From Saccostrea echinata (Eukaryota), in contig NW_026889782.1 in NCBI RefSeq assembly GCF_033153115.1, positions 25,730,001 through 25,794,000 of the forward strand: a DNA stretch of 64,000 nucleotides, read 5' to 3'. Below are positions 59,444 to 64,000 of the stretch, piece by piece (within the stretch, counting starts at the first letter, position 1; every line of letters starts with the position of its first letter). The position numbers and the translations under genes were made by a program. The notes beneath the pieces were generated by a model. It saw only the letters and a program-made list of their open reading frames with translations, was not told the DNA's origin and made no database searches.

Positions 59444-61548
59444 TTTTATTGAATATTCTTAGTGCCGTATTTTTTTGCAGATGTACTCTATAATCCATTA
59501 GCTTCTCCTCTTTTTTCTTTTCCTTTTTCACCTCTTCTTCGTTGAGACATTCTTAAAGAAAAATAAAGAGAACATTCTTTTATACTTAATGATAAAATAT
59601 AAATTTAAGATGAGGTAAGAGGCAATCCACAAGGCAATGGGTGGCACATCGCATGTCATCGATTTTAATTATTTTTTGCATGCACAATGGTAAAAAAAAT
59701 GCTACGGTTTTGTTTTGTTTTATATGAAAAAGATACTCAAAATCTAGATGTGTCGATCAATATTATTTTTGGTATAAACCCTTATTTTTTTTATTATATT
59801 AATGAATAAGACTCCATTTTATATTTTTAAGAAAAAATTAGGTGGTCCAAAATTTAGTTTAGCAAGTGACTTTTTGAATTCAATATCCAACTTTTATTAC
59901 GTTCTAAAATACATTTCAATGACAAAAATTTCTCCTCATGCTATTATGAATGCAAGTTATTGAATCAATCAATAAAATCGATTGGAACGGGTATATTGAG
60001 AGAGAAAAAAGGAGTCAACTATAGCTATTTTTTAAATTATTTTTTTTCCAAATTAAACCGATCAGGTCCGGAATTATATAAAGAGGAAAGCTACTATATT
60101 TTCATCATTAAATTTGCTTCTTTTGTTGTAATATTGTTAACAAATTACTTGATTTTTTAATGTCTTACAGGTTGCAATTGTCTTTAGTTTCATTAATTAA
60201 TTATTTTTTGCATTTTTGCGGTTTTATTTCAATCGGGATGTTTTTACATTAAAATTAGAAATATTTTTTCTAAATATGGTTCTTCATTATAAATCATCAG
60301 AAAAATATTCCTTTTGTTTCTTTTCAGTAAGTCATACGTTTTTAATTACAAGCAAACTAGCATGGCGCGGCGCCATGCCCTTTTCTCTCGGCGCCATGCC
60401 CTTTTTTCCAGCGCCATGCCCTTTTTTCCTTGCAAAAATAAATAAATATGCCTAGCAGAGGCAAGATGGACTGGCGGCTTTGTTAATTCAGTGCATGCTG
60501 ATTAGCCCCTTTGTTTATTTAATGCACGCAAAGGTGGGAATTCAGGACAGGAAATCACTTCTTGCTTGAACGCACACAGCCACCTGGCCAGGTAACATGC
60601 CTCAGGCTGTCAGGGTATAAGAGATATCAGAGAAAATATCATTTGATTGCATTGATTATGCAAGAATTAGCCCAAAGTCAAAGATAGATTAATTTGTAAA
60701 TTAAAATGTTACACATTTTAAATCAGGATCGTTTTTTTTAAATTGAAAGTAGAAAAAACAGAGTTGATGAAGAAATGTGAAAAATAAAACTGCTGATAAA
60801 TTAAGTCAACTTACAATGTACCAAAAAAACTGAATATTATGTGTGAAATGGGCTAGGAAACAACAAAGCATGAAGTTAGTTTCTTTCAACATGTTCCATG
60901 ATTCTACGTGTTCTAACTTTCTGAGTTGACACCCTGAGGCTCAATGTTTCTAAGCCAGAAAAAAAGTTTTAACCAATTTATATATTAATTATTTCAAGTT
61001 TAATTTTTTGGCATGATCAGTTTTCACTTGATTTTGTTGGTAGATTATTTTCAAAATAAAGAGAATGCCCTCTACATTTAATATCCAAGTAGCCCCCCCC
61101 CCCTTTGCAATTTTGTTCTGTTATTTAACTCATACACAAATAACAATATTAAAGCAAGGAAAAAATTCATACCCCAAATTAAAATTATTCTTGAGGAAGT
61201 GACAAAAAGATTCTCACCTATTACTTTTTAAGCATAACCTTGATAACCATACAAATTTCTTGATTAAAAAATTTGAATTTAAATTTGGCAATAATTGCCC
61301 TCTCAATGTGTATTAAATGAATTAAGCTGACAGATTTATAAATTTTTCTTTTAGATACTTGTATAACTAAAGATTTCAGTATTAAATAATAATTTAAGTA
61401 CATAAACATGATAAAGAAAATATTTATAATTTTAAAGACGTCAAAAAAGTGCCCTCATGAAAACTTGTCGCGGCGTAAAGTGCCCTTTTGATTATTGGAT
61501 TACCATACCCGTTTTAGGGTCTGGATTTAACACTAACAAAAAAAAAAA

Positions 61549-61580
<32 letters not shown>

Positions 61581-61783
61581 AAACAAAAAACAAAACAAAA
61601 CAAAAAACAAAATAACATCTGTTTGCTTTCTTGATACTCGGTATTTAAAAAGGTATTTATACATGTATCATGCAACATTTGAAAGCAAACTTTAAGCTTT
61701 ATTAAATATCTTATTTCCAAGCAAAATAATTTTGAAAATTTCCTCAGGAGTAAAAAGAGTTATTCTTTCAATGGCAGAATTAT

Positions 61784-62178
61784 TAGGGATCCGCGATTTT
61801 ATCGGTATACCGGTATATCGCGATGTTTTATTGCGTGATACGTATCGTGATACGGAGACTAAAATACCGGTGTTTGGTACATAACTATAAATTCCGGAAA
61901 TTACTCATTTATTTGTTCACAATATTGAATGACAATTACAGGAAGTGTAAAAAATGTTGAAAACAGTTAAACAATGGCATCCAAACATGTTTTATATTAA
62001 ATGATTAAAAATAAAAAAAAAGTTATGTTATTTATAGCATATTTTTAAGAAATTTTGAGGAAATTCATTTAAAATATTAGTAAAGATGGTGTGTAAAAAT
62101 ATCACAATTTATCGTGATATTCTTGGGAAAAAATCGTGATATATCACGATACGAAATTTTTGCCGATACCCATCCCTA
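61784..62178. mobile_element. hAT-type MITE with 8-bp TSD
   Basis: AGAATTAT|tagggat...atcccta|AGAATTAT, with internal atcgtgat repeats. Confidence 0.85.
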
Positions 62179-62620
62179 AGAATTATACATGCACGTACTT
62201 TAATCCAGCATTTTTATGTGTACAGCCTCGGCTTTATTCCAAGTTTTTCATCCTGCCTACTCTAAGAAATTTAATTTGAAATGAAATAAATACGAAAATA
62301 ATTACTTACATATACCTTATATTATCATTATAATACAGGCCAGAAATGATCGCACTAAACAAAACCGGTGGTGGTTGTGGTGGGGAGGGGGTCTGGGAGG
62401 CATGATTTTTTTAAAACTGGTTTGATGAAAATGAGATAAGCATTTTATAGTGAAATTGTCCAACAAAGTTGTATATTTATATAAAGCTATGTGGAACAAT
62501 ATTGCCAAAATAAAAAAAAAAATAATAAAAAAAAATTAAAATATTTCACGGAACAATCTAACCTTCCGTTTTAGTGTCAACTTGGAGCAGGGTGTTTAGC
62601 AGTGGTATAAGCAACATTTT

Positions 62621-62766
62621 NNNNNNNNNNNNNNNNNNNNNNNNNNNNNNNNNNNNNNNNNNNNNNNNNNNNNNNNNNNNNNNNNNNNNNNNNNNNNNNN
62701 NNNNNNNNNNNNNNNNNNNNNNNNNNNNNNNNNNNNNNNNNNNNNNNNNNNNNNNNNNNNNNNNNN
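62621..62766. other. Assembly gap (N run)
   Basis: 146 N characters. Confidence 0.99.
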
Positions 62767-64000
62767 TTAATCGTTCCGCAGACTTGATTTGATTTGACTG
62801 CATAGATTATTATATTCAAGTTTTTTTAAAAAAAACTTTATGAATTGAACATCTCGACTTCGTAATTCTGTTGCGTAAATCTAAAATATGCATCCTTCAT
62901 GAATGATAACAAGAAAAAAACTAACATTTTCACATCCAATTTTTATCAGAAATGTTCAATATAATCACTAGAATAATTATTTTTACGCATATGCTAGTAA
63001 TTCATTTTAAAAATAAAACAATTTAATCCTAAGAGGTAAAACATGTATGAAATAACTTATCAATACTAACTTGTTTTAAAACTATATAGCTGAGGTACTG
63101 CTCGTGAATAGAATACAATTTGGGTCAAAATATTATTTAATATAAAGGATAATGACTGAAGAATAATTTGACAGAAAAAGAGAATTTATTTAACTTAACT
63201 TTTAAAAAATCTTTTTCATTGCACGTTAACACAAATATTTGCGGAATATATGTAACTATTAATTGTGACGCAATATGAGATAGGTTTTTGACGTCACTGA
63301 TACATCAATGGAAACGTGGATTAAACCTTAATAAAGCAAATATTAAACTAAATATTACATTTGAAAGTATAAAATGAATCCCATTTTGAAAATAAAGTAA
63401 TGATTCTTATTTAATAATATTCTTTAGTGTATCAGTTCTAAATATTTCACTAGGATTCCGATAGTAAGCTGTTGAGCAGATTTCCCGATGCCACGGGAGA
63501 TAACTCTTGCATCGCTAAATTTCATAAAAACATCCATCTATTTTGCATGAAAACTACAATTGAAGATATTTTTCCAACTGATTTTACTTTTTAATCTGAA
63601 AGATGAAATATTTCTACATTTAGTTCTGGGTGAATTGTAGACCAGTTACAAATGTATAAGAATTTACAGTTCTTTGTTTCCAACCTACATTAAATGGTTT
63701 ATATAGAGGAATTCAGAAACACAAAACAAAACAATATTGGACTAAATAAACAATTTTCATACAAATCTTTAATGGCATTATTCCATTTGGACTACTTTAA
63801 TATTGTTTTCAATAAAATATGAAAAATTCGTCACATTCGATGTGCCGCCTATCAATACAATACTGCCTGGTTTTTCGGCGGACTGCCTCTTTAAAATTGT
63901 TTTCAGTTACAGATACCTCTAAGTTTGTTCCTACACCCCCCTTTTCTTCTCGGACAGCAAGCCAATCGGTAAGGAAGAGTTAAAAGATTGAACGGGGAAG

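Noticed and set aside
58700-61520. Possible further MITEs (e.g. gcgccatgccctttt repeats at 60360-60425 and aagtgccc at 61448-61490)
   Set aside because: Probably TE-derived, but I could not pair TIRs or TSDs confidently.
62558-62819. ORFs containing X runs
   Set aside because: Artefacts of the N gap.

Overview
AT-rich eukaryotic genomic DNA, most likely an oyster or related bivalve. This is inferred from 166-bp Cg170-like repeats inside Helentron-type elements, a Mab-21/cGLR-type gene remnant and the transposon spectrum. The left third holds two head-to-head host genes about 300 bp apart. The first is a minus-strand, 6-7-exon gene (ATG at 16149, running off the left edge, >810 aa) whose N-terminus is a Crypton/DUF3504-type tyrosine-recombinase domain that has lost its catalytic His/His/Tyr, i.e. 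a probable domesticated Crypton. The second is a 3-exon KIAA1143 homolog with no in-frame ATG, whose exon-2 donor and stop-codon regions have each been amplified into tandem repeats. A decayed partial duplicate of the shared promoter, exon 1 and intron 1, interrupted by a Gypsy gag fragment, follows. The middle has CR1-like LINE fragments (one with an exact 2A/StopGo motif, at 2.7 kb) and a Mab-21 pseudogene fragment. 38.5-53.6 kb is a nested transposon stack: a DD41D (rosa/Visitor) Tc1/mariner split by an intron-containing two-gene Harbinger and by an intron-containing, nearly intact piggyBac, with MITEs inside these. Many MITEs with verifiable TIRs/TSDs are present. A ~120-bp satellite carries 15 perfect AGGTCAnnnTGACCT palindromes, and a TIR element carries RFX X-box-like motifs. 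There is an assembly gap at 62621-62766. All splice models were read by eye; no database searches were run.
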